Source of the DNA: Felis catus
Taxonomy: Eukaryota
Reading direction: 5' to 3'
DNA: 64,000 bases
Assembly (NCBI RefSeq): GCF_018350175.1
Contig: NC_058368.1
Location: 140,308,001 to 140,372,000 of the forward strand
Shown one piece after another: positions 13,811-26,914 of this stretch (its first letter is position 1; each line of letters begins with the position of its first letter). The notes under the pieces are model-generated. The model saw only the letters and a program-made list of their open reading frames with translations, did no database searches and had not been told where the DNA came from. Both the position numbers and the translations under genes were made by a program.

Positions 13811-14024
13811 AAAAAATTTTTTAATGTGTATTTTATTTTTGAGAGAGAGAGAGAGAGAGACCCAGTGCAAGTGGGGGAGGGCCAGAAAGGGAGACACAAT
13901 CTGTAACAGACTCCAGTGTGAGCTGTCAGCACAGAGACTGATGCGGGGCTCGAACTCACAAACTGTGAGATCATGACCTGAGCTGAAGTTGGACACTTAA
14001 CCAATTGAGCCACCCAGGTGCCCC
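13811..14024 (-). mobile_element. CanSINE (older), host of the adjacent young copy
   Basis: Ends gagccacccaggtgcccc; (GA)n. Confidence 0.9.
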
Positions 14025-15069
14025 TAAAAAATCTTATTTAATCTTATTTAAAAATCTTTTTAAATTTTATTTGGTGGCCTGTGTTGTATCTATCTGTTCA
14101 CCCTATGGGGCGGCGGGAGGCAACAGGATTGCTGATGTGTTAAACAAGATGATATGCTTGAGGTGCCTGGAGAGTGGTGGGGGTACTATAAATATTCTGG
14201 GAATATGCTGCAGGCCTCGAATCCACTCCACCTGTGTCCCTCTTGGAGGCTGCAGTTGATGCTCAAAGCTTCCTATCTTTTACCAAAACTGTAATCAGAA
14301 TGAATACACTGTCATGAGCAGAAAGGGAGTTCACATGTGAATCTCTAAGTGCTGGGATCCAGCATTCCAGTCAAAGCTGGTTTTATGGCCTCCTCTGCTG
14401 GCACAGGAATCTCCTTATGCTCTGATACTTTGTCAGTGTGGACTCAGAGTTATTAGATCATGTCTGCTAAGCAGCAGCCACAGAAGGGGACAGTGAATGA
14501 AAAACTGGTGCATTTGCCCCAGACCCAGTCACTCTGAGTTTGATTTTTCTGGCACCATAGCCCTAGACAACCATTCCCTGGGATAGACCAGGACAAATCA
14601 TTTCCACAGTCGGTAGCAGCCAGGAGCTTCTTTCTGGTCCAAGATTAATGACCCAAGCAGTCAGCCTTTCCAGGGAGCAAAGGTGAAATTTAACTCTGGG
14701 TAGATGCCTGACATTTTGAACAAAAGGGAATAGGCGAGTTAGGAGAAACAGCATTTGTACGTCTCCTGCAGGGTTATAAATCAAGGATGGGCAAAAGCGA
14801 ACTGGGTCCCTGCCAATAGTTGAACTGATTTGGGCTCCTGTGTTTTGTTTTCAGACAGTCTGAATGAAACATGCTTTAAAGATGTATTGTCAGAAGGGTC
14901 CCTTTGAGTTAAGTACCAGCTTATTGATTCCTGAGAATTTTATGTTTCCAAAAGGAAATCCAGTTTGTGTGGGGGTTGTATTAAGTTTGTCCACGAGAAA
15001 TTGCATTCTTTGCTCCAGAGGCAAGTCCCCTTTCCTGTCTGGCTATGGGTGAGATATATCATTAGAAGC

Positions 15070-15390
15070 TGGGTAAATGGGTCAAAGGGTGCAAGCTTTC
15101 AGTTATAAGATGAATAAATTCTGGGGATCTAATGTGTCTCTAGTTCTGTATGTATCACGGTGACTGTAGTTAATAATCCTATATGTTTACACTTGAAATT
15201 TGCAAAGAAATCGATCTTAAGTATTCCCTCCACAACCCGCCCCCAAAAGATGAGGTGAGCTACGTGTGATTTAACTTGTTTGTGGTAACCATTTCACCAG
15301 GCATGCATATGTCAAATCATCACATTGTACACCTATAATAATACAGTTTTTATTTCTCACTCATACCTCAGTAAAGCTGGAAAACCAAAA
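15070..15390 (+). mobile_element. L1MA-like 3'UTR fragment
   Basis: ctttcagttataagatgaataaattctggggatctaatg...acttgaaatttgc...atacctcagtaaagctgg. Confidence 0.75.
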
Positions 15391-17369
15391 ATAGACCACT
15401 CTGTGCACTAAAGCAAGTTGCAGCATATCTCAAAAAAAAACAAAACAAAACAAAACAAACAAAACAAAACACGAAGCATATTCTCTTACCACAAGGAAAT
15501 TAAGTTAGAAATCAATAACAAAACAAAAATTAAAACTCTCCATATAGTTAAAAATTAGGAAATAGAGACATTTCCAGAAAGTTGCTTTGGAATGTATGAG
15601 GCAAACTCTGATTATAAAGGAATCCGAGAGTGGGTTCTTCATTGGTAATTAAGTAAGCATTTGCTGGATGACTACTCTGCCATTTTATACTAAAGATGAA
15701 CAAGATATGGCCCCCGGCTTCAAGGAACAGACTTGGAGATAAATTAATCACTCTCTCATGGGGCTTTGCTCTCCGTCACTGTGCTAAGCCCTGTGGGAAT
15801 TTACAGAATATCCAGAAAACTCACTGGGAGGGGGAAGTGAATACCTTTTAATGTGTCCAGAAGAATTTATAGAGAACACTTCTCTCTACTTGGCTAATAG
15901 AAGACTAAAGTTTAGGAATTCTCCAAATTGACAAGGGTAAGGAATAGTGAAGCTGCAAAAGTATTTGCAGGTAATAAATGGTAGAAGGAGGGGTCCGTGA
16001 GGAATGAGGATGCAGACCGAGGCAGGAGCCAGGTGTTGGAGGGCCTGTGGTCACACTGAAAACTCTGGACTCTATCCTGAAGGGCCTACACAGAACCACT
16101 GGAAAGGTTTTATGTTGGTGAGTAATAGGATAGAAACATCTCTTGAAGTACTCAGAAAATAGACTAGACTAGGCAGATTGGAAGCTGGAGCCTATTAAAG
16201 GGAGAAGGTATTACAATTATTTAGTGACAGGGCTGTGACCAGTCAGAAGAGAGAAAACCAAAGCCCTGGAGCCAGGTTCCGAGGCCTGCTGCTAGGCTGG
16301 TGCTACCCCTTTGTGCCTTTACCATGAGAGGTCCACAGTGCGAGGGCTCCGAGCAACCCCCGTGATGTGTGTCCTTCAGTATTTCAGCAGTGGGCACAGC
16401 CATGAAGACCCATGCCAGCTGCAGATCAGCCCTATGAGGTTATGGAGGACAAGGGCCTCAAGGAAAGCAGGAATGGAGAGGAAGGGAGAGGCTTGGAAGA
16501 TATACAGAAAATAGGGTTGCATTTCTCAGTGGTCGACTGGACATAGAGAAGGAGGAGAGTAGAGGGTGACTCTCACATATCTAGTGTGGAAAGCTGTGAG
16601 GAAGGTTGAGTGCCTCCCCTTGGGTTGGGGCCTTTGAAGAAACATCTGGCGTCAGTGAGTCTCAGGAACCTGAGATGATGTGAAAGTTGTTCTCTCAGTG
16701 GAGACAATTGGATACAAGTAAGCAATATCTGGCGATGGGGCTAATAGGGACCTCTCCAGAGTTGTATTGCCATCCACAGGACTTGGAAAGAGTGTTCATT
16801 GTCCCTTTCCTTGAGGCAAAAGGCCTGGAAACCAGAGCTCCCAGGTCATGTGGTTGCATGTGTTTCCCAGCCCATTAGCATGGAATTTCTTTGACATAAA
16901 TGACAAAGATCTAAAGGTCATTTGGGGCCTGAATCATGAGCTAAACAGCTGTTTAACTTGTCAAGTGTTAAATGATTTGTTCTGGATCAGAGACTACAGG
17001 CAAGAAATGGGGCTAGAAAAAAGAAGCAGGTAGACAGGTCAACAGTTAGCAAAGATGTATGAGTATGACCTTTGGCATCAGCGACAAAGAGCACTCAGGC
17101 TGACCTCTGTTGTCATAACACTGGAAATATTATGGCCTTCTCCTTATCCCCACCCTGGGGAAAGATCTTTCACCTAAGAATGGATTCCATTAGTATTTTT
17201 GTGCCATATCATTGAAAATCTTCAGGGAATGGGCAGAGAGCTTTTGTTGATCATTAATGAGATCTTGCTGAGACTGTGTGCAAAGAACAAAAAGAAGTCC
17301 TGATCTGGAATAGAATAGGGGCCCTGAAGTTGTATGGAACACTGTTTAGGAAAAAAAAAAGTATTTTAC

Positions 17370-18636
17370 TTAGACCCTACCCAAAAATAAACTCAAAATG
17401 GATTAAAGATTGAACTGTGCAACCTGAAACCATAAACTCTTAGAAGAAAACGTAGGCAGTAATTTCTTTGACATGGAGCATAGAAACATTTTTGTAGATG
17501 TGTCTCTTGAGGCAAGGGAAACAAAAACAAATAACTGAGACTATACCAAAATAAAAAGCTTTTGCAAGCAAAGGAAATTGTCAATAAAACAAAAAGGCAA
17601 CATGCTGATTGGGAGATGTTTGCAAATGATGTATCTAATAAGGGATTAATAACCAAAATACATAGAGAACTGACACAACTCAAAACCAAAAAAATAGCCA
17701 ATAAAAAAATGGGCAAAGGACCTGAAGAGACATTTTTCCCAAAGACATACAGATGGCCCACAGACACATGAAAAGATGGTCAGCATCACTAATCATCAGG
17801 GAAATGCAAATCAAAACTATAATGAGACATCATCTCACACCTGTCAGAATGGCCAAAATAAAAAAGACAAGAAACAAGTGTTGACAAAGATGTGGAGGAA
17901 AAGGAACACTTGTGCTCCCTTGGTGCATGTGAAAATTGGCACAGCCACTGTGGAAAACTATATGGAGGTTCCTCAAAAAATTAAAAGTAGAGATCTCACA
18001 TCCAATAATTCTACTACAGGATATTTAACCAAAGAAAATGAAAACATTAATTCACAAAGATATATGCACCCCTGTTTTTATTGCAGCATTATTTACAATA
18101 GCCAAGATATGGAAACAACCCAAGTGTCCATCAATAGATGAATGGATAAAGATGTGGTGTATATATACAATGGAATATTACTCAGTCATAAAAAAGAATG
18201 AGATTGTGCCATTTGTGACACCATGGATGGACATAGAGGGTGTTATGCTAAGTAAAATAAATCGTAAAGATAAAATTCCATATGATTTCATGTACCTGTA
18301 GACTAAAAACCAAAAAACGTAAACAGACCCATATATACAGAGAACAAACTAATGGCTGCCAAAGGGGGTGAGGTACAGGGATGGGTCAAACAGGTGAAGG
18401 GGAGAGAGAGACATAGGCTTCCAGTTATTCAGTGACTACATCATGGGGATAAAAGACACAGCATAGGGAATATAGTCAATGATATCATAATAGCTTTGTA
18501 AAGTGACAGATGGCAGCTACACTCGTGATGAGCACAGCATAAGGAACAGACTTGTCAAATCACTATGTTTCACACCTGAAACTAATGTATATAACATTGT
18601 GTGTTTACTGTACTTCGATTACAAAATAATTTAAAA
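17370..18636 (+). mobile_element. 5'-truncated L1 (carnivore/L1MA9-like): ORF2 C-terminus plus 3'UTR, degraded
   Basis: ORF fragments such as FIAALFTIAKIWKQPKCPSIDEWIK are the L1 ORF2 C-terminus; frameshifted. Confidence 0.92.
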
Positions 18637-19634
18637 GGATTTTTAAGGACAGCTGCTTTAATAGCAGGCTGAGTTACTAATATATCAAATAAGTATCATT
18701 ATCTTGCCATGAGTCCTCTCCCAGCCTTTGGCATTTGTGTCCAAACTAACTGCAGTTTAAGTTTACAAGTTTGTTTAGTTTTATTTTTGTCAAGTTTGAA
18801 AGTGCTTCATTTCTTATCATGGATCTATACTCCAGAAGGAATTTCTTATGGCTTCATTTGTTCTAGGCACAAGATTTTAGAATCAGAAAGAAGCTTAGCC
18901 CTAGAATGAACTTTAGAGTCTGTTAGCTCGACTTGCTACCCAATATAAGACTTGCCAACATTTGGTTTTGTTTGCTCTTCAGTTTCCAAAGGCTGGTCAT
19001 CAGCTTCTGTATGAGTTTATATATTAATATAAACCTGCACACATATACAGTTGATTTTAAATAAATATTTATGCGAGTAAGATAGAGAAGGAAAGTCAAT
19101 GTGTGTTTATAAGATATGCTCTAAGATAATATATATGAATATATAACAATGTATATTTAAAAAGTAATGAGCTGCCTGTATATGCATTTATGATAGAAGC
19201 TTCATTTGCATGTGGTCAAAATTTGCCAGTTTTATAGGCTACTGTAGTAAATATTTACATAAAAATCTTTGATAAAATTTTAATTGACCTACAGTATCAT
19301 AATATTAATATTATATTAATGTCTACAAAAGAAAATCCCCAAGGACCTTTGTTGTAATAAGAAACACACACAGCCACAAACATGCACACACACACACACA
19401 CACACACACAGTTTATGCTATCAGCTTTTTTCAAACCCTTGGACTCGTTATTTCTTTCAGTGGAGCTTAGGAAACACCGTGTTCGAATGAGTCATACATG
19501 CAGCAGGAATTCTTTCTGGAAAGGTCCTCTCATTCTCTCTTTTCACATTTGAAGCACTCACAGAAGATATAACAGAAAAAAGTAACCTTGGAAAACAAGC
19601 CCATGAACTTCGGACTTTCAAAAGCCACCAGATA

Positions 19635-19830
19635 GGGGTACCTGACTGGCTCAGTCAAGTGTCTGACTTTTGATTTCGGCTGAGGTTATGATCTCATGGT
19701 TCTTGTGAGATGGAGCCCACATTGAGCTCTGCGCTCAGTGTGGAGCCTGCTTGGGATTCTCTCTCTCTCCCTCTCTCTTTGCTCCTCCCTTGCTTGCTTT
19801 CTCTCTGTCTCTCTTTCTCAAAATAAATAA
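19635..19830 (+). mobile_element. CanSINE
   Basis: ggggtacctgactggctcagtc head, CT-rich body, aataaataa tail, TSD gccaccag. Confidence 0.88.
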
Positions 19831-20153
19831 CTTCCAAAAACGCCACCAGGAAGTTTGTTTCTTTGAAAGCACGGTTAGGGTGACAAGCCACACTCAGGAA
19901 CCAGAAGCGTAACATGACTTCCTTCTGCTGTTGACCACTCACTCTGTGCATTCCAAATGGTAGGACCAGAGCTCAGAGACAGAAATAGAGAAACTAATAG
20001 GGAAAATTAGCTTTTGCTTGGGCCTCCTCTTAGAGAAAGATGACTCCTGCAGTTAGTTGGACTTGGGCCCTCTCCCTGGAGTGCATAATTCCAGCTGAAT
20101 TGGCTCGCACTTTTCAAAGGCGTGGTTATGTGCTGCAGGCGGATCCCTGCCAA

Positions 20154-20156
<3 letters not shown>

Positions 20157-20212
<56 letters not shown>
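20157..20212. repeat. (TG)n microsatellite, about 28 units
   Basis: Perfect dinucleotide run. Confidence 0.97.
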
Positions 20213-20214
<2 letters not shown>

Positions 20215-20426
20215 TTGCTTTGTGTATCAGTGTTGGCAGTAGTGCTGATTGCAGCTCAAGATGCAGCTGGCCTCTGCCCCAAGAATCCAAAATCAGAAAA
20301 TGATTAGAGTTACTGGTTCAAAGATCAAAGGTCTATGAGTGTTGTTTTCTTTCCCACCTGGAGACACCAAGGTAGTCTCTGGCACTTTCTCATTGCTATC
20401 CATAAATGAGCACTGTAGTGGCAATG

Positions 20427-20644
20427 TTTTTTTTTTTTATTTTTTTTAACGTTTATTTATTTTTGAGACAGACAGAGCATGAACGGGGGAGGGGCAAAGA
20501 AAGAGGGAGACACAGAATTGGAAGCAGGCTCCAGGCTCTGAGCCATCAGCCCAGAGCCCGACGTGGGGCTCGAACTCGCGGACCACGAGATCGTGACCTG
20601 AGCTGAAGTCGGACACCCAACCGACTGAGCCACCCAGGCGCCCC
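20427..20644 (-). mobile_element. Felid SINEC_Fc-type SINE
   Basis: poly(T), aacgtttatttattt, gccatcagcccagagcccgacg, ccacccaggcgcccc. Confidence 0.93.
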
Positions 20645-21910
20645 TCAGCTGTTTTTCTAAAGAGAATTTTAGTTGTCTGTATACCTTGTGAATGAAGACC
20701 AATGACAAATAAATATAGGTGATTTACTTCTTAGCTATTAAAAACTCATCTCACATAGAATATTTATTTGTTATTAACATGGATTGTTTATGTTTTAGAA
20801 CGCTGAATATGTGTCTTGCACCTAAAATCTGCCTTCCTACCAAAGACTGTGTCCTAATAGTATAACATAACTGGCAACCAAATATTGATCAGTAAAGTAG
20901 GTGTTCATTCCCCAGTGCATCAGAGACTAAGACCAAAAAAGAACATGAAAGCCAGCATTCTTCTTCTGCATGCATCACATACCTCTGCCTTGGCACCCTG
21001 AAAGATTTCAGACAGTCACACCACTGGGAAGGCAGCTGGTTTCTGCAGTCCTAAAGCACATTGGCTTGAGGCTTGTAAATGGCCTTGATTATTATGCAGG
21101 ACACATAATGCTCTTATTAGCGTCACACTGATTAGCGCTATGCAGTAACTGCTTTCTGTAATACCCTAATTGAGGTCCTTCCTTGCATGGAATTTACATT
21201 ATATGTAGATAAATCCCTCACTATGACATTTTAATGAGCATTTTTTTAAAACAAAGTCCAAAGGATAATTAGAACTACCTCCCACACAAGAATCTTTTTT
21301 TTTTTAAAGACAGGAAAGGTGTAGGTGCCAACAGAGAAGGCTCATTTAAGAAAATCCATTTTGTAAGTGCAGATGAGTGTCCTAAAGCAACAACCCACTT
21401 TCCTAGTTGCATGTGGCTTGGTTTCTTTTTCCAGTCCTTCACTCCTGTGGATGTCTCCCCACTTCCTGATGTTTGTGGTTTAGGTTTTATATCATTTTCA
21501 AACTCAAATTTAAGCCGTCTTGAAATAGAGCTGGAGAGGAGTCCCAAGAATTCATGGCTAAATAGTTAGGGTGGTCAGTGTCTCACCACTTCATTCTTTT
21601 ACTCGCTTTTGGTCTAGGTAATGGTATTTTAGTTTAACAAAGCATCTGCACAGCCATTCCTGAAAACCTTCACTGTGTCTATCTCTCATTCAAGCCGCAG
21701 AATATCATCCCTCAGTCTTTGACTCCACCTCCTGCAGGGGCATGTTATTAAAGGGGAGTAGCAGTGGACTCCCTTCCTAGGATTCCCTCCTCTCACTTGG
21801 GAGCTGTCCTCCTTCTCTCCAGGTCAGATGGTTGAAATAAGGAAGAAAAGAGTTAGGGACCAAGCATGGCACAACCTGTCTTGGCAGTTGTCATCCACTT
21901 CTTAAGTATC

Positions 21911-21945
21911 TTTTTTATTTTATTTTTTTAACGTTTATTCATTTT

Positions 21946-21986
<41 letters not shown>

Positions 21987-22151
21987 ATGAGCTGGGGAGG
22001 GGCAGAGAGAGAGGGCGACACAGGATCCGAAGCAGCCTCCAGGCTCTGAGCTGTCAGCACAGAGCCCTACACAGGGCTCAACTCACTGACTGTGAGATCA
22101 TGACCTGAACTGAAGTCTGATGGCCAACTGATTGAACCACCCAGGCGCCCC
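21911..22151 (-). mobile_element. CanSINE
   Basis: 15-bp TSD ccacttcttaagtat at 21895-21909 and 22151-22165. Confidence 0.93.
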
Positions 22152-22507
22152 CACTTCTTAAGTATTGATTTGAATTGTATCTCTAACTCAGATGTTAGAA
22201 ATTGAAGAATTAGCTCTTTGCTCAGGACCCAAATCAGAAAAGAAATGTAGCTGAGGCTCTGAAGACAATACTCCTTTGGGTAGATACCTCTGCTTCTTCT
22301 GTACTCCAACCACGCTTTCTTCATAACCTTTTCTAGCATGGGTGGTACTGTTTCTTGTGTCTGTTAACTAATATCTGCCTCTTCAACTAGACTGGAACTC
22401 GTTGAGGGCAGAAAACAAGTCTTATTAGCCTCCACACCGTGGAGCATTGTGACTAGCGTTTACAGGTGCTCAGAGAAAGTATGAATGAATAAACAAAGTA
22501 AGTTACG

Positions 22508-23280
22508 GTTATCACTAGGCAGTAAGGAAATGCAAATTAAAACTGTGGTGAAATACCACTATACACCTTTAAGAATGGCCAATAAAAATGCCTAAACTGA
22601 CCAAAAAAAAGTGGCAGGAAGGATGAGAAGCGGCTGGAGCTCTCACACACTACTGAGGGATATGTAAAGTGGTACAGCTATTGTGGAAAACGGTTTGGCA
22701 GTTTCTTATAAAACTAAATATAAATTTATCCTATGACTCGACTAACTCGCTCCGGGGTATTTACACAAGAAAAAAGGAAGTCTTAGGGATGCAAAAAAAC
22801 CTGTCTGAAATGTTTGCAGCTGTTTCATTTATAATCACCTGAAATTGGAAACAGTCCAACAGTCCTTCAGCTGGAGAGTGGATACATAAGCTGGGATCCA
22901 TCCCATACCCAAGGGAATTGTAGTCAGCCGTGAAAAGGGACAAAGTATTGATATGTACGACAATCTGCATGGGGGCATTATTCTAAGTGTGTTAGGCCTG
23001 ATTCAAAAAGCTGTGTGCAGTATGATTCCATTCATATGACCTTCTGGAAAAAGCCAAACTAAAGGCAACTATAAAAGCCAGTGGTTATCAGTGGTTAGGG
23101 AGGGAGGAAGGGGTGACTATAAAAGGGCAGCAGGAAGGAATGTTTTAGGGGGATGGAACTGCTCCGCATCTTGATTATGATGGTGGTTACGTGACTGTAC
23201 GTTGATCAAACTTGAACTGTATAATGGAAAAAGTAATCAATTTTACACTATATGAATTACTAATTTAATTTGAAAAAGTA
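22508..23280 (+). mobile_element. Old L1 (L1MC/ME-like) 3' end
   Basis: ggaaatgcaaattaaaac, tggaaaacggtttggcagtttcttataaaactaaa, tatgattccattcatatgac. Confidence 0.8.
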
Positions 23281-23330
23281 AATCAATGTTGTTTTGCTAT
23301 TTAGGGTGCATTTAAAAAAATGCCAAAAGA

Positions 23331-23537
23331 GGGCCTCCTGGGTGGCTCAGTCGGTTAAGCATCTGAATCTTGATTTCAGCTCAGGTCATGATCTCAACGT
23401 TGATGAGTTGGAGCCTGACATTGGGCTCTGTGTTGACAGTGCAGAGCCTGCTTGGGATTCTCTCTCTCCCCTTCTCTCTGCCCCTCCCTGGCTCCCGTGC
23501 TCTCTCTCTCTATAAGTAAATAAGTACATTTTTTTAA
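23331..23537 (+). mobile_element. CanSINE
   Basis: cctgggtggctcagtcggttaagc head and CT-rich body. Confidence 0.9.
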
Positions 23538-23629
23538 ATGACAATAGAAAATAAGTCTTACTAGCCTGCCGTGGTTTTTCACATGTTCATCTACACACAC
23601 GAACACTGTGAGAGAGTGTGTGTGTGTGC

Positions 23630-25850
23630 TTTCATTTAGCAGATGTTTAAAAACATTATTCTATGGACCAGGACTTGCTGTAGGCACTGAGAATATATTG
23701 GTGAGGAACAAAAGCCAAGTTCCTACTCTGATGACAGGGAGAGAGACAGATAGTAAACATGTCAACGAATCAATGCGGTTGACAGCTTTGTGCTGTGGAA
23801 ACGATAAAACAGGCCTTGGTGATGGAGAGTGGGATTCAGTGATTGGCCTCTCTGAAGAGATAGATAACCTTAAACTGACCTGAAAGGTGTAAAGGAAGCA
23901 TGAATGTATGCAAATATTCAGGCAGAGCAGTTCTGGCGGGGAAAATATCAAATGCAAAGAACCCAAGGGAACTACACTGGTGATGAGACTGCCTGAAAGA
24001 CCCTCTCACTTTCAAAACTCATAGAAAGGGGCGCCTGGGTGGCGCAGTCGGTTAAGCGTCCGACTTCAGCCAGGTCACGATCTCGCGGTCCGTGAGTTCG
24101 AGCCCCGCGTCAGGCTTTGGGCTGATGGCTCGGAGCCTGGAGCCTGTTTCCGATTCTGTGTCTCCCTCTCTCTCTGCCCCTCCCCCGTTCATGCTCTGTC
24201 TCTCTCTGTCCCCCCCCAAAAAAAAAAGTTGAAAAAAAAACTCATAGAAAGGCCAGCTAAAACATAACAAACATTATTTTCAAATGTATGGCTGGGCTTC
24301 CAAGGAAATAAGGCAAAGCCCCTAAGATGGAATTAAGCTTTTTATGTTCAAAGAACTGGCAGCAGGAAGGTGGATCTGGACCAAGAGGGCAAGGAGACCA
24401 GCAGAAGGTGAGCTCAGGTAAGTAGGTAGGGATCTGTTTCTGTTGGCTCCAGAGGCCATGGCAAGGCATTTGGATTCAGTCCAAAGGTCTTGGGAGCCAT
24501 TGGAGGCTTTCAGGAAGCAGAATGAAATGCTCTTGTTGACATTTCAACAGGATAAGTCTGGCTGCTGTCGGGAGAGTGGCCTGTGACACACCAGGAGAGG
24601 CAGGGAAAGGAGAGTGAGGCTCCTGCTGAAAGTCAGGGGTACAGTGTTGCCAGCCAGGGGCTCTGTGGTACCAGGGAGAGGTGGAGACACGGGTGGCTTG
24701 GAGGTCTATTGGAGAGATAGAGTTTGCTGAGAGATTGGACCTTGAGTGTGGTGAGGGGAAAAGAAGAGTCAAGGATGCGGTCCTGGTTTTTGGCACAAAT
24801 ATCTGGGTGGCTGGCAGTGTATCATTTGCTGAAACAGAAATACTGAAGGAAAAACAAGACTTTTCTTTGATAGCAGAGCAGGAAATCAAAAGTTCCATTT
24901 TGGACACAGTAACTTTGAGATGCTTATTAGACACCTCTGTAAAGATGTAAATAGGCAGATGGAGATGGGTTTCTGGAGCTCTAGAAAGAAAACAGTCTGT
25001 GTTTCAGAGACAATGGCATATAGATGGTGCTTAAAGTCATGGAAATCCATGAGTCTTCCAGGAAAGAACCTGTAGCCAGAAAACAGGACTGACAGTCAAT
25101 ATTTGGTATATACCAACTTTGGGGAACTAGTCAGAGAAAGAGCCATTACGAAAACTAAAGGTAAGTCATTGAGGTGGGAAGGAAACTAATACATGTAGTG
25201 ATGAGGAAGATAAGGAAAATAACTTGTTCCAAGAAAAGAGAATGGTCAACTATATGGAATGATTGAGAGAGTTCGAGTAAGAAGAGGATGGAGAAGTGAC
25301 CATTAAATCTGGCAAGACAGATGACCTTGACTGGCACAATTTCTGTTGAATTTGGCGGCAGAAGCCTATTTGAGGTGAGAATATTGGATGAGAAAGTGGA
25401 TAGAGTTGCTATAGACCATTCTTTTGAGAACAATTGGCCAGGATGGGGATAGAGGAGTAGCTGTGCAACTGGAGAGGCCTGTGGGGGTCAAGACAGGGTT
25501 TTTTCTTAGATGGTGGAGATGGGTATGCTGAGGAAATGACCCACTGAGTAAGGCAAGAGAACACCATGAGGAGGGCTGGAGAGAAGGGATAGATAACTAC
25601 AGGAGTTCTGTCCTTGAGAGAGAGAAAAGGTTGGGCTCCAGAGCCACGTGGACAGGTTGACCTTGGATTGGTTTCCACAGATGAACTGCCCAAGATCCTA
25701 AGGGAAGGAAGAGGGTGTGGACAGGAGCGGGTGGGTAGGGGTATTCAGCAGCGAGAAGATGAGATGTGTGTGGTTCTCTCTGTGTTTGTTTTCTCAAAGA
25801 AAACAGGAGGTAGGGTCAAGTACAAGGAGTGAAGTAGATGGCTAGAGATT
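23630..25850 (-). mobile_element. Long degraded L2 LINE with nested SINE
   Basis: Purine-rich antisense L2 motifs: gagccattggaggcttt, gtttgctgagagattgga, aagttccattttggaca, gagaagtgaccattaaatctggcaa. Confidence 0.7.
24028..24240 (+). mobile_element. Young felid SINEC_Fc-type SINE
   Basis: ggggcgcctgggtggcgcagtcggttaagcgtccgac; perfect TSD aaaactcatagaaa. Confidence 0.96.
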
Positions 25851-26444
25851 TGAAGAGGGACCTAAAAAGGTTACAAAAGAGTTTTGGAGCCTAGGGAAAA
25901 GCATATTGCAAAGAAAAAAAAAGGAGAGAGAAATGAGTGGACCGCACACCCTTTATGTAAAGCAAGACCACAATGTATGTGTGCACGCACACCCCAATCA
26001 TGGGGTCAGAAGACCAACCTCATGGCTAATGAAGTAGAGAATGACATGAAACACAACGAATAGGCTAAGCTTCGGCTGCTGGAGAGAAGAATCTACCTGA
26101 AAAAACTGCATTTTCAGCTGAGGAAAGCTGAACTCTGTACCAGCTAGCTCTCCTCTGGGTTTAGATTCTATGTGTAGTCCAGTTTCCTCCGTAGGCTCAA
26201 AAGTGCTCAACTGGAATCACACTGCAAAATCAGTCTCTTCCCTATTGCTGTGATGTTCAGGAGCAGGGGAAGTGAAGGGCGATACCAGGACCAGCTGTCG
26301 AGAAGGAGAGTGAAATCACCAGAGAAGCGTCTAGAGAAGTCCGAGCCAAAGCGAGGGGCCTGAGGTTTCATAGAGAAGAGCTGAAATTCTTTAATGTGAT
26401 TGCTGTCAATCAAGTAAGCCCTAAAGCTGTAACTGCAAAGGGAA

Positions 26445-26914
26445 GCGTATTGCTCTCTTCACGCTGCTGTAAGAAATCACCACAAACTTACTGGTTTTAA
26501 CCAGCACAAATTTATTATTCTCAAATTCTGGAAGTTGGAAGTCTAGATGAGTTGGCAGGGCTTCTTGGAGGCTCGAGGGGAAAATACATGGCCTTGCTTT
26601 TTCTGGCCTCTGCAAGCCACCTACGTTCCTTGGTGTGTGGCCCCTTCTACATCTTCAAAGCCAGAACTGTAGTATCTTCAGGTCTCTCCTCAAGCTCCCC
26701 TCTGACTTTTGTCATCGCATCTCTGTGTCTCTCTTTCTCTTACAAAAAGGCTCTTCTGTTTATGTAAGCAGGAGCCCAGCTCTATGACTTAATCATTGTA
26801 CCTCAATATCCTTAATGGAATCACACCTGCAAGGCAACTTGGCCAATAGGGGAACATAGTCGCAGGTTGAGGCATGGGGATGAGGACATAGAGAGGGAGC
26901 ATTATTCTATCACA
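26445..26914 (-). mobile_element. MLT1-type (MaLR) LTR
   Basis: gctgctgtaagaaatcaccacaaactt...aaatttatt...ctggaagttggaagtc...gttccttgg..tgtggcccctt. Confidence 0.8.

Larger units (their letters stand above)
13488..14105. mobile_element. MER53-like palindromic MITE interrupted by two antisense CanSINEs
   Basis: tttcagataaacaaataatttattttagtataagtatg matches recalled MER53; degenerate right arm at about 14025-14105. Confidence 0.6.

Noticed and set aside
13537..14013. 158-aa ORF and similar ORFs with GAPGWRSRLSVRLQPGHDL-type peptides (also 33216-33536 and 10749-11117)
   Set aside because: These are translations of CanSINE bodies that recur at every copy, not genes.
24028..24110. tRNA-like A/B-box sequence
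   Set aside because: It is the tRNA-derived head of a CanSINE, followed by a CT tract, A tail and TSD; not a tRNA gene.
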